Below are positions 19,012 through 26,799 of a stretch of 64,000 nt of DNA, piece by piece. The notes beneath the pieces were generated by a model, which was not told where the DNA came from, did no database searches, and saw only the letters and a list, made by a program, of their open reading frames with translations. The number at the start of each line of letters is the position of its first letter. Position 1 is the stretch's first letter. Source of the stretch: a virus. Where the stretch lies: the IMG/VR virus record IMGVR_UViG_3300028549_000563, positions 1 to 64,000 of that record; one strand, given 5' to 3'. The position numbers were made by a program, and so were the translations under genes.

Positions 19012-19743
19012 ATGGCAATAACAAAAGCTGCAAGGGATAGAAGTGAAAAATTAATATATGAAGTAATGGATGCCCTTGATAAAACTAAAACCAATTCAGA
19101 TGCATATAAAAAACAGTTTTCTAAAATGGATGATGCTGCATTTGAAAAATTATTTAAAGGTAGATTTCCATTAAGATTTTATACAGATACATTTAATATA
19201 GAGCCAAAGCAACAAGATTTAGAAAGAGCTGCAAAGGTTTTAAAGATACCTTTATTAGAAAAAGTAAATCTTCCTCATATATATAGAAATGAAGAAGGTG
19301 TAGCAGTACAATCTAAGATCTGTCATGTAGGTTATATTCATATTAAGAAAGTTCAGCAATTTCTAACCAAAAAGAATAGTATGTCTACAAATATAGATTC
19401 TAGAGATATGAAAACTGGTTTGCTAATTAATTACGATAAAAATGGTAAAACATCAGATAAAGAGGCAGAGGCATTAATTACCATGGGATTAGATGCAACA
19501 GTTGCAGAATTTACAGGATTTAAAGCAGACTCAATTAATGCTAAAAATATAGCATATAATACTATAAATACCACTGGGCAGTTAAGTCTAAAAGATATTC
19601 CTTTTGATCAAGAGGATTCTCTAGCTAAGAAATTAATGGATGTATATATGATTGGTGCTATGCTTAAAACTAATGTAATTACCGATTCATATTTATTACC
19701 ATATTATGCTAAAGAAAAGAAAAATGCGGTTCAGAGAGCTTAA
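19012..19743 (+). CDS. hypothetical protein
   Basis: 243-aa ORF, SD AAGGAG. Confidence 0.55.
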   Translation: MAITKAARDRSEKLIYEVMDALDKTKTNSDAYKKQFSKMDDAAFEKLFKGRFPLRFYTDTFNIEPKQQDLERAAKVLKIPLLEKVNLPHIYRNEEGVAVQSKICHVGYIHIKKVQQFLTKKNSMSTNIDSRDMKTGLLINYDKNGKTSDKEAEALITMGLDATVAEFTGFKADSINAKNIAYNTINTTGQLSLKDIPFDQEDSLAKKLMDVYMIGAMLKTNVITDSYLLPYYAKEKKNAVQRA

Positions 19744-19764
19744 AGCTCTCTGAATTTATTTTTT
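19730..19764 (+). terminator. hairpin terminator overlapping the stop codon
   Basis: ttcagagagct / taa / agctctctgaa followed by a T-run. Confidence 0.7.
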
Positions 19765-19775
19765 AATCCTTGGGT

Positions 19776-19787
19776 AACAGTATATTA
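19776..19787 (+). promoter_or_regulatory. AACA-N6-TA promoter-like motif
   Basis: aacagtatatta, 26 nt before ATG 19813 and just after a terminator. Confidence 0.45.
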
Positions 19788-19812
19788 AATAATATTCAAT
19801 GAGGTGCCTATT

Positions 19813-20265
19813 ATGAAAATTTTAGAATGCTCTACTAAAGGAGATAAAAGATTCTCAGCATTACATGCAAAGGTATCTGTTAGTAACAAAATAGATACTA
19901 TAGAAAATTGGTATCAATTAAGTAAATCATTTAATGACGTAAGGCCAAAAGATTATAAAGAAGCCAAGTATTTACAGCATAGAGGTCATGAAGTAACATC
20001 TATATTTATAGGAGGAAAAGAATTACCTCCAGTATTTCTTACACAATGGTATACAATACTATGGCTTGGATATCTTGATAGTAATCCAGACCTAGTTGCA
20101 TATGCATCTACTTTTGATGATTTTACAGATTCTTTCTGTACACCAGATACTATTAATAATCAAGCTAATATAATAAAAGCTTATATAAAAGATAGACGTA
20201 GTTTGGTAAATAGTTCAATTGGTTTAATAGATATATTATTTCCAAATAAGGTACCTCAGATATGA
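19813..20265 (+). CDS. hypothetical protein
   Basis: ATG 19813 after SD GAGGTG; the track start 19804 is the GTG of the SD. Confidence 0.5.
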   Translation: MKILECSTKGDKRFSALHAKVSVSNKIDTIENWYQLSKSFNDVRPKDYKEAKYLQHRGHEVTSIFIGGKELPPVFLTQWYTILWLGYLDSNPDLVAYASTFDDFTDSFCTPDTINNQANIIKAYIKDRRSLVNSSIGLIDILFPNKVPQI

Positions 20266-20531
20266 TGACTAGAGTTGTTAATATAAACAGTGAGTCTTAT
20301 GATGTATATATTGGCAGAGGTAGTAAATGGGGTAATCCGTACAGAATTGGTATTGATGGTACGAGAGATGAAGTTATAGCAAAATTTAGAAGATACATAA
20401 TGAATCATATGTCATTAATGAACTCGTTATACGAACTTGAAGGTAAGGTTTTAGGTTGCCATTGCAAACCAGAGGCTTGTCATGGAGATGTATTAGTATC
20501 GTTACTCGATGATTTATCAACATTTATTTAA
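20262..20531 (+). CDS. DUF4326-like small protein
   Basis: YIGRGSKWGNPY ... LGCHCKPEACHGDVL resembles the DUF4326 signature as I recall it; ATGA start/stop overlap with the upstream gene. Confidence 0.4.
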   Translation: MMTRVVNINSESYDVYIGRGSKWGNPYRIGIDGTRDEVIAKFRRYIMNHMSLMNSLYELEGKVLGCHCKPEACHGDVLVSLLDDLSTFI

Positions 20532-20535
20532 ATTA

Positions 20536-20550
20536 TATATTATATAAATG
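20536..20550 (+). promoter_or_regulatory. TATATTATA-N3-ATG promoter-like box
   Basis: tatattatataaatgtagata, upstream of 20586. Confidence 0.5.
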
Positions 20551-20585
20551 TAGATATAAATTTTAACTTAAGGAGAAAGTTTATT

Positions 20586-20945
20586 ATGAAAGTACAAATC
20601 AGTTTTGCAGCAAATACAGATTTAGTTGCGGTAAAAGAACGTTTAATTGAATTGGTAGAGAAAACAGATTATGAATTCGTATCTTGTTTCTTACCAAGAC
20701 ATATAGTAAAAGAGAAAGGGTTTACAACTGATATAGTTGATATGCTCGATGAAGTTTTAGGAGATCGTCATAAATATGCTGGAATAGCAATGGAAAATTT
20801 TGATGATTTTATGGCAAACATTTATCAACTTAGATTTACTGTAGGTAAATCTGTTGATGTTGTATATCTTATCGGTTCTGGCATTGTTGGTGGAATCAAA
20901 GATGAAATCAATATCGCATCAAATGGTAAAATTATTTTATTATAA
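20586..20945 (+). CDS. hypothetical protein
   Basis: 119-aa ORF, SD AAGGAG. Confidence 0.5.
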   Translation: MKVQISFAANTDLVAVKERLIELVEKTDYEFVSCFLPRHIVKEKGFTTDIVDMLDEVLGDRHKYAGIAMENFDDFMANIYQLRFTVGKSVDVVYLIGSGIVGGIKDEINIASNGKIILL

Positions 20946-20959
20946 AAGGAGGAAATAAT

Positions 20960-21106
20960 ATGGCAGAGGAAATTAAATATGGCATTATTAATGAGATTGG
21001 GGATATGGGTCTTGGTTATGATGATCTCACTCCAGAAGAAAACAAAAAAGTAAACGAGGCTGTAGATAATAAGCAGACTAAAAAAGATAAAAAAGAAGAG
21101 CGATAA
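20960..21106 (+). CDS. hypothetical 48-aa protein (not in ORF track)
   Basis: SD AAAGGAGG 7 nt before ATG; translation MAEEIKYGIINEIGDMGLGYDDLTPEENKK...; terminator follows. Confidence 0.45.
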   Translation: MAEEIKYGIINEIGDMGLGYDDLTPEENKKVNEAVDNKQTKKDKKEER

Positions 21107-21117
21107 GCTCTTCTTTT
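21094..21117 (+). terminator. hairpin terminator
   Basis: gaagagc / gataa / gctcttc followed by TTTTT. Confidence 0.6.
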
Positions 21118-21140
21118 TAAATTTAGGAGGAAGTAAAATT

Positions 21141-22223
21141 ATGACAGAACGTAACGATGGTAAAAAATTAAATGCAATAGAAGATGCCCTGAAAAGTGGC
21201 AGCTCTCAACCGAAAAGTGTAGTCGAGACTTTTGAAAACAGAATAAGGGAAATAAAAAATTCCAATTATACAGAGTTACCTCCAGAAGAAAATGAAGATA
21301 TAGTGGAAGACTCAAAAGAAACTACATTAGATGATTCTAATACCAAATACTATGAAGCAAGGGTAGGCGAATCTATTAGATATTTAGAACCATCAGTGTT
21401 AAAAGTTGAAAATTCCAAAGCAGGAATTACTTTTAGAGTAAATAAATTTACATTAATACTATTAGTAGTATCAATGTTTGCATTAGGATTTAAAGTTGGC
21501 GAGTATATGACTAACGCCGAAAATACAAAATCTAGACTACAAGAAATACAAACGGAATATGATAAAGTAGGAGTTGTATTGGATGAATTAACTTTGGTTA
21601 AGGAATCCTCAGCAGCCCAAATAAATGAGCTTACGGAAGTTAATGCTAGTTTAAACGAACAATTAAATACTAGCAATCTAATGGTAGTGGAGAGAGATAA
21701 TATTATCTCTCTCTTTACTCAACGTGAAGAATTATTTGATAAGTATGAACATGCATTATATTTTGGTGATAAAAGAACCGATATAACTTATGATAAATTA
21801 GTATTTGGAATAAATGAAATGAAAGAAAGAGGATTAGATCCAGACCTTATGTTTGGATTGTTTAAATTGGAATCTGGATTTAGAGAAAAGAGTTTTAGTA
21901 AACTATCAAGTGCTAGAGGATTTGGTGCTTTCTTAAAATCAAGCGGAGAATTTGTATATGAAGAATTATTAAAATATGGTGAATATAACCATGATATGGC
22001 ATTTGATGGTTATATAAATATGGAAATGACAGCAGAGTTATTAGACTATAATATGAAGAAATACGATGGAGATATCATGAAATCATTGATAGCTTATAAC
22101 GGTAATGAATTAGGTCCAAGGTACTATGATATTATAGATACCTTTTTAAATACAGAAACTAATAAAACTTTAGCAAAAATGGAAGATGAATATAAGATAG
22201 GATTATCGACGAATGGAGGCTAA
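21141..22223 (+). CDS. membrane-anchored coiled-coil protein with lytic transglycosylase-like C-domain
   Basis: TM segment FTLILLVVSMFALGF, a heptad-like middle region, and KLESGFREKSFSKLSSARGFGAF (SLT-type E-S catalytic context). Confidence 0.45.
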   Translation: MTERNDGKKLNAIEDALKSGSSQPKSVVETFENRIREIKNSNYTELPPEENEDIVEDSKETTLDDSNTKYYEARVGESIRYLEPSVLKVENSKAGITFRVNKFTLILLVVSMFALGFKVGEYMTNAENTKSRLQEIQTEYDKVGVVLDELTLVKESSAAQINELTEVNASLNEQLNTSNLMVVERDNIISLFTQREELFDKYEHALYFGDKRTDITYDKLVFGINEMKERGLDPDLMFGLFKLESGFREKSFSKLSSARGFGAFLKSSGEFVYEELLKYGEYNHDMAFDGYINMEMTAELLDYNMKKYDGDIMKSLIAYNGNELGPRYYDIIDTFLNTETNKTLAKMEDEYKIGLSTNGG

Positions 22224-22228
22224 TAAAA

Positions 22229-22801
22229 ATGAAAATTATGGAACAACAGGTCGAAGAGATATATAATGATTTTAAAAATTATCCTTATAAACCTGGGATG
22301 TCAATTAAAGATACCATTAAAGGTAAAGGTGTTCTTTAAAGCAGAATCTATTACTGCATTTTTAGGATATGATAACAAGCCAGAAGATTTTATGAGATCA
22401 ATAATATCATCATTAAATTATGATGATATTAATGTAAAAGAACTATGTAACACGCCAAAGAATATACTATATATTTATACAGATTTCACCAACCTATGTA
22501 AAAGATCCTAATACAAAAATAATTCTATTTGATTTAGAGTATATTGTAGAAGATCCTAATATCGATATATTTAGCAATAGACTTGAAGTAAATATGATAT
22601 TAAATAGAATGCGTCATCGGTATATGCAATAGAGATATATCTATTTTTATCTATGATAATTATAGGAACTTTCAACAAGTCGGATTTTTCAAATATGAAA
22701 GATATACAAGAATTACATATATTTCAACTACAGTATTTACATGTGATATAAACGGTACTAAAATAATTAAGTCTGAAGTTGCAGATATAATCAAATTATA
22801 A
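22229..22801 (+). pseudogene. decayed gene: four consecutive ORF fragments in frames 2,0,1,2 (possible Bro-N-like domain)
   Basis: SD GGAGG then ATG 22229. Stops at 22337-22339, 22509-22511 and 22630-22632, each followed by open reading in the +1 frame. The fragment FFKAESITAFLGYDNKPEDFMRSI resembles Bro-N. Confidence 0.4.
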
Positions 22802-22809
22802 TATAATAA

Positions 22810-22824
22810 TATATTATATAAATG
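22810..22824 (+). promoter_or_regulatory. TATATTATA-N3-ATG promoter-like box
   Basis: tatattatataaatgaagta, upstream of the tubulin gene. Confidence 0.5.
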
Positions 22825-22875
22825 AAGTACATTAAATAAAAATTTAAATATGAAATTAAAAGGAGATTATTAATT

Positions 22876-24030
22876 ATGGTAAAATTTATTGGTATCGGTG
22901 CATGTGGAAACAAGGCTATTGCGGATTTGGTAACTAACAATGTTATAGCTAAAAAAGATGCACTAATGTTAAACAGCACAAAAGATGACATTCCAGTTGA
23001 CTTTCAAGACATTGCAGTCAAAGTTGGTTCAGGTCTTGGTGGCTGCGGTAAAGAAAGATCAAAAGGTAAAGAAGTATTTCTTACAGCAATACAAAAAGAT
23101 CAATTAGATCATTTAGATGAATTCATCACAACTGCAGATACAGTATATGTTATAGCTTCATCAGAAGGTGGAACAGGTTCTGGAGCAGCACCAGTTATTG
23201 CATCATATTACAAATCAGTATATGGTATTGAAGTACATATTGTAGTATTTACAGGATTTGAAGATGATGCAAGAGGATTAGCAAACACAATAGAATTCTT
23301 CCAAGAGATTCCAGAAAACACTGTTGTACATGCTATCTCTAATAAGAAATTCTTAGCTGAAGCTAATGGCAATAAACTTAAGGCTGAAAAGAAAGCAAAT
23401 CAGCATTTAAGAAATATGATTACCGTTTTGCTAGGTTCCATGATAGTTAATTCTGATCAGAATATTGATGAGACTGACCTATTCAAGGTTGTTAACACTC
23501 CTGGTTACTCTATTGTAGAAACAGCGATTATTAATAGGGAGATTAAAAATCACGAAGCATTTAACAAATTATTATCAGATACAATCGATGGCACAAAAGC
23601 TATCGATATAGAAGATCCAGCATGTAAAAGGATTGCATTTATTCTTAATATAAGTGACAAGACTGCAGATGCTATAGATTTTACATTTGATGTAGTAAAG
23701 CACAAACTTGGTACTCCATATGAAATATTCTATCATGTTCAAAATGAAGGCGATGCTGAATATGTATCAATGATTATTACCGGTATGGATATGCCTACTA
23801 CTGAGCTTAAAGAGATTCATAAACGATATCTTGAAGCTACTAGTAGGGTTAATCGAGAAGTTGATATATTCTCAAAAGTTGTTGGTAGTATGCTTACAGA
23901 TAACAACGAGTTTAATGTTACAGCAAATACTTCCAAACCTAAGATGGATAAATCTGCATTTCTAAATGGCTTTACGGAAACCAAAACAAATGATGTAGTT
24001 GTTAAAAAGGATGCATTTAAAAAATTCTAA
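22876..24030 (+). CDS. tubulin/FtsZ-superfamily GTPase (PhuZ/TubZ-like)
   Basis: GIGACGNKA (T1), SSEGGTGSGAAP (tubulin signature GGTGSG), NSDQNIDETD (T7-like NxDxxD). Confidence 0.8.
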   Translation: MVKFIGIGACGNKAIADLVTNNVIAKKDALMLNSTKDDIPVDFQDIAVKVGSGLGGCGKERSKGKEVFLTAIQKDQLDHLDEFITTADTVYVIASSEGGTGSGAAPVIASYYKSVYGIEVHIVVFTGFEDDARGLANTIEFFQEIPENTVVHAISNKKFLAEANGNKLKAEKKANQHLRNMITVLLGSMIVNSDQNIDETDLFKVVNTPGYSIVETAIINREIKNHEAFNKLLSDTIDGTKAIDIEDPACKRIAFILNISDKTADAIDFTFDVVKHKLGTPYEIFYHVQNEGDAEYVSMIITGMDMPTTELKEIHKRYLEATSRVNREVDIFSKVVGSMLTDNNEFNVTANTSKPKMDKSAFLNGFTETKTNDVVVKKDAFKKF

Positions 24031-24043
24031 GGAGTGGTTACCA

Positions 24044-24943
24044 ATGAGCGGATTTGAAGAGGTTCTTCGCCAAGTTAAAGAAGAAGCTAAGCATGTAAAA
24101 GAAGAACAAAAAACCAAAATCAACTTAAGAACAAATCCTGCATTGAATGTCAGCTATGCAAAAAATATGATAATTTATCATATAGAAGAATTAGATGATA
24201 ATGAGTTGCATGATTTACTTAGGCAATCCTACAAGCTATTATTACAAGATATATTCGAGAAGGATGAAACATCCTATCTAGATGTAATGATTAGCGAAAG
24301 ATTATTAACTCAGTTTATACGAGTTATAAATTCTGTTAATATCGATAATCTTGAAACTATGTATTGCAATAAGCTTGCATATGATTATCTAACAAGGAGT
24401 AGTAAAACTGATGGTATTAGAAAATTAATGCTAAGCATGTCTAAAGCAGTTAATAAGACGATGATTTCACAACTACACTCTATTGGGTTATCAGATGAAA
24501 TATCATCATACTTGGCATTATCTAGATCTAGCTCATTAAAAGAATTTGTTAATGTTAGAAGAGTAAATCATATACTCTTGAACTATAGTGTAGATATGAT
24601 GACACCTCAAATGATAATTAATATATTTGAGAAATTATTTGATGTGTTTTCTGATTTATTCTGTGCTACAATGTTTGATGTGTATGAAAGAGAAGTCCTT
24701 CATAACATAAGTTCTGATGCTAGTGAGATTTATTCAAATATAAACCTAGCATTGGTAACAATGCTAGAAGGGCAAGAATCTCAAGTTATACGAAAAGTAT
24801 TTCTTTCATATATTGGAAACTATTCGGTTAAAGATTTTACCGAAGTAAGATTCCCAATTAGATCTTTAGCTGTAGCGGATTTTAAAAGAATCCTACAAGT
24901 TGTTGATGATCTAGAAAGATATGAGATGCTATTAGTGCCATAA
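24044..24943 (+). CDS. hypothetical protein immediately downstream of the tubulin gene
   Basis: SD AAGGAG 8 nt before ATG 24044, in frame with track ORF 23999. Confidence 0.55.
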   Translation: MSGFEEVLRQVKEEAKHVKEEQKTKINLRTNPALNVSYAKNMIIYHIEELDDNELHDLLRQSYKLLLQDIFEKDETSYLDVMISERLLTQFIRVINSVNIDNLETMYCNKLAYDYLTRSSKTDGIRKLMLSMSKAVNKTMISQLHSIGLSDEISSYLALSRSSSLKEFVNVRRVNHILLNYSVDMMTPQMIINIFEKLFDVFSDLFCATMFDVYEREVLHNISSDASEIYSNINLALVTMLEGQESQVIRKVFLSYIGNYSVKDFTEVRFPIRSLAVADFKRILQVVDDLERYEMLLVP

Positions 24944-24951
24944 AAAAATAA

Positions 24952-24982
24952 TAAAGAGGAGAGTTATCTCCTCTTTATTTTT
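24952..24982 (+). terminator. hairpin terminator
   Basis: aaagaggaga / gtta / tctcctcttt followed by a T-run. Confidence 0.75.
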
Positions 24983-25024
24983 TTATCTATACATACTTGT
25001 AATGGTACTAATATTTATTTTTTA

Positions 25025-25033
25025 TATATTATA
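25025..25033 (+). promoter_or_regulatory. TATATTATA box (no downstream ATG element)
   Basis: After terminator 24952-24982, 40 nt before ATG 25073. Confidence 0.4.
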
Positions 25034-25072
25034 TAACAATTATTTAATAAACTATAAAGGAGGAACTATATC

Positions 25073-25468
25073 ATGGTAGATATAACGTTTTTAATATTAA
25101 CGATTTTATGCGGAGCATTTTATGATTGGATATTTCAATTAGAATGGGTATTTAATAATAAGAATAATATGCTGTCAAAACGATTTATAAGAATTTATAC
25201 ATTGCATCTACATTCTGCAGTATATGCTACACTTACTTATCTTACAGTATCTGTGTTGATTGGACATGGATTACCTTTGTATGTTTGGGTGGTATTATTA
25301 TTGTCTCATATATTTATAGATTCAAGACTTCCTATAAATGCCATACTAAAACTTAAAGGTATACCTGAAGAAGATTATTTGAATTGTGATCGCTATGGAT
25401 ATCTAATTACAAATGTAGATAATAGATTACATGAGTTAGTAATAATTATTTTAGCGATATTAGTATAA
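25073..25468 (+). CDS. integral membrane protein
   Basis: Four hydrophobic segments; SD AAGGAGG. Confidence 0.55.
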   Translation: MVDITFLILTILCGAFYDWIFQLEWVFNNKNNMLSKRFIRIYTLHLHSAVYATLTYLTVSVLIGHGLPLYVWVVLLLSHIFIDSRLPINAILKLKGIPEEDYLNCDRYGYLITNVDNRLHELVIIILAILV

Positions 25469-25489
25469 TATATCGAAGGGAGAAACACA

Positions 25490-26719
25490 ATGTCAATATT
25501 AGCACAAAAGTTTAGAGAAAAAGTTTCAAAAATGAAAGACTATAATATGAAGGTTGAATCAGAGGCGAATGTAGGTTATTCAACAGGATTCTTGGTATTT
25601 GACTTTCTAAATGGTACAATGATTCATGGTAAGGACGCTAATGGAGAACCAAATCCTTATTACTCTATTGGTATAACTGATGGTTCTATGGTAATGATTA
25701 TTGGACGTTCTGGTTCTGGTAAGACTACTTGGGCTGTACAAGCTGCTGCAAATATTGTGAGAAAATATACTACATCATGTATATATCATGATGATATTGA
25801 ATCTGGTGTATCGCACGACAGGATACGAACATTAAGCAAATTCAGTCCTGATAATATTAAAGATAGATATATTCATAGAAATACTGGAATTACTGCAGAG
25901 AATTTCTATGAACGTTTAAAATTAATCCATGACCTTAAAATGGAAAATCGTTCAGATTATGAATATGATACAAAATTATATGATGAGCATGGAAATAGAA
26001 TAATCAAGCTAGAGCCTACGGTATATCTATTAGATTCGCTTGCATTATTAATGCCATCAAAATATACAGAAGAAGAAGAGATGTCTGGGCAAATGGCAGC
26101 TACTGCAGCAGCTAAGATGAACTCTGCTTTATTTAGAAGAGTTATTCCTTTGTTAAAGAGCAGTAATATAATTCTTATGATAATCAATCATATCAATCAA
26201 AATGTAAATATCAATCCAATGGCACCTAAGAAAGCTCAAGTATCATACTTAAAACAAGATGAGACTTTGCCCGGTGGTAATATGGCTATATATCTTTCAA
26301 ACTTAATGCTTAAGTTTGAAGATCATAGTAAGCTTAAAGAAGAAGAGACTTTTGGTTTCTCAGGAAATCTTGTTAATCTATTAATAATTAAATCTAGAAA
26401 TAGTAGAGCCAATCAATCTGCTACATTAGTATTTAATCAGGTTGAAGGTTATGATGCTGAACTATCGATGTTTATGTTGCTTAAAGAAGCAGATAGGATT
26501 AATGGTGCTGGTGTAGGTTTATATTTAAGAGATAGAAGTGATATTAAATTTAGGCAAAAGAACTTTAAAGAAAAACTTCGAGAAAATAAAGAATTTAGAG
26601 ATATCTTTATGGAAGAATGTAGAGAAGTTCTAGAGACATTATTAACAAATTCTCTAAAATCTGAAGAGACTGAAGAATTCAATCTATCAGATGATATGCT
26701 ATCTCGCATCGCATGTTAA
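25490..26719 (+). CDS. RecA/UvsX-family recombinase
   Basis: STGFLVFDFLNG, GRSGSGKTT (Walker A), VYLLDSLALL (Walker B). Confidence 0.65.
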   Translation: MSILAQKFREKVSKMKDYNMKVESEANVGYSTGFLVFDFLNGTMIHGKDANGEPNPYYSIGITDGSMVMIIGRSGSGKTTWAVQAAANIVRKYTTSCIYHDDIESGVSHDRIRTLSKFSPDNIKDRYIHRNTGITAENFYERLKLIHDLKMENRSDYEYDTKLYDEHGNRIIKLEPTVYLLDSLALLMPSKYTEEEEMSGQMAATAAAKMNSALFRRVIPLLKSSNIILMIINHINQNVNINPMAPKKAQVSYLKQDETLPGGNMAIYLSNLMLKFEDHSKLKEEETFGFSGNLVNLLIIKSRNSRANQSATLVFNQVEGYDAELSMFMLLKEADRINGAGVGLYLRDRSDIKFRQKNFKEKLRENKEFRDIFMEECREVLETLLTNSLKSEETEEFNLSDDMLSRIAC

Positions 26720-26734
26720 ATTAGTTTCTAAATA

Positions 26735-26743
26735 TATATTATA
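26735..26743 (+). promoter_or_regulatory. TATATTATA box
   Basis: Upstream of RNAP beta-C; abuts a hairpin. Confidence 0.35.
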
Positions 26744-26780
26744 TATCTGATAGTATTTATTTACTATCAGATATTTTATT
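26743..26780 (+). terminator. hairpin (terminator or 5-prime leader stem)
   Basis: 13-bp stem atatctgatagta / tactatcagatat then TTTATT. It lies between a TATATTATA box and the beta-C SD, so its role is ambiguous. Confidence 0.4.
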
Positions 26781-26799
26781 AAATCTAGGAGGGTTATTA

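Noticed and set aside
20548-20550. The conserved ATG of the TATATTATA-N3-ATG box as a start codon of a mini-ORF
   Set aside because: There is no SD, and several copies are followed at once by a stop (ATG TAG at 20548 and 61916). It is more likely part of the promoter or initiation region.
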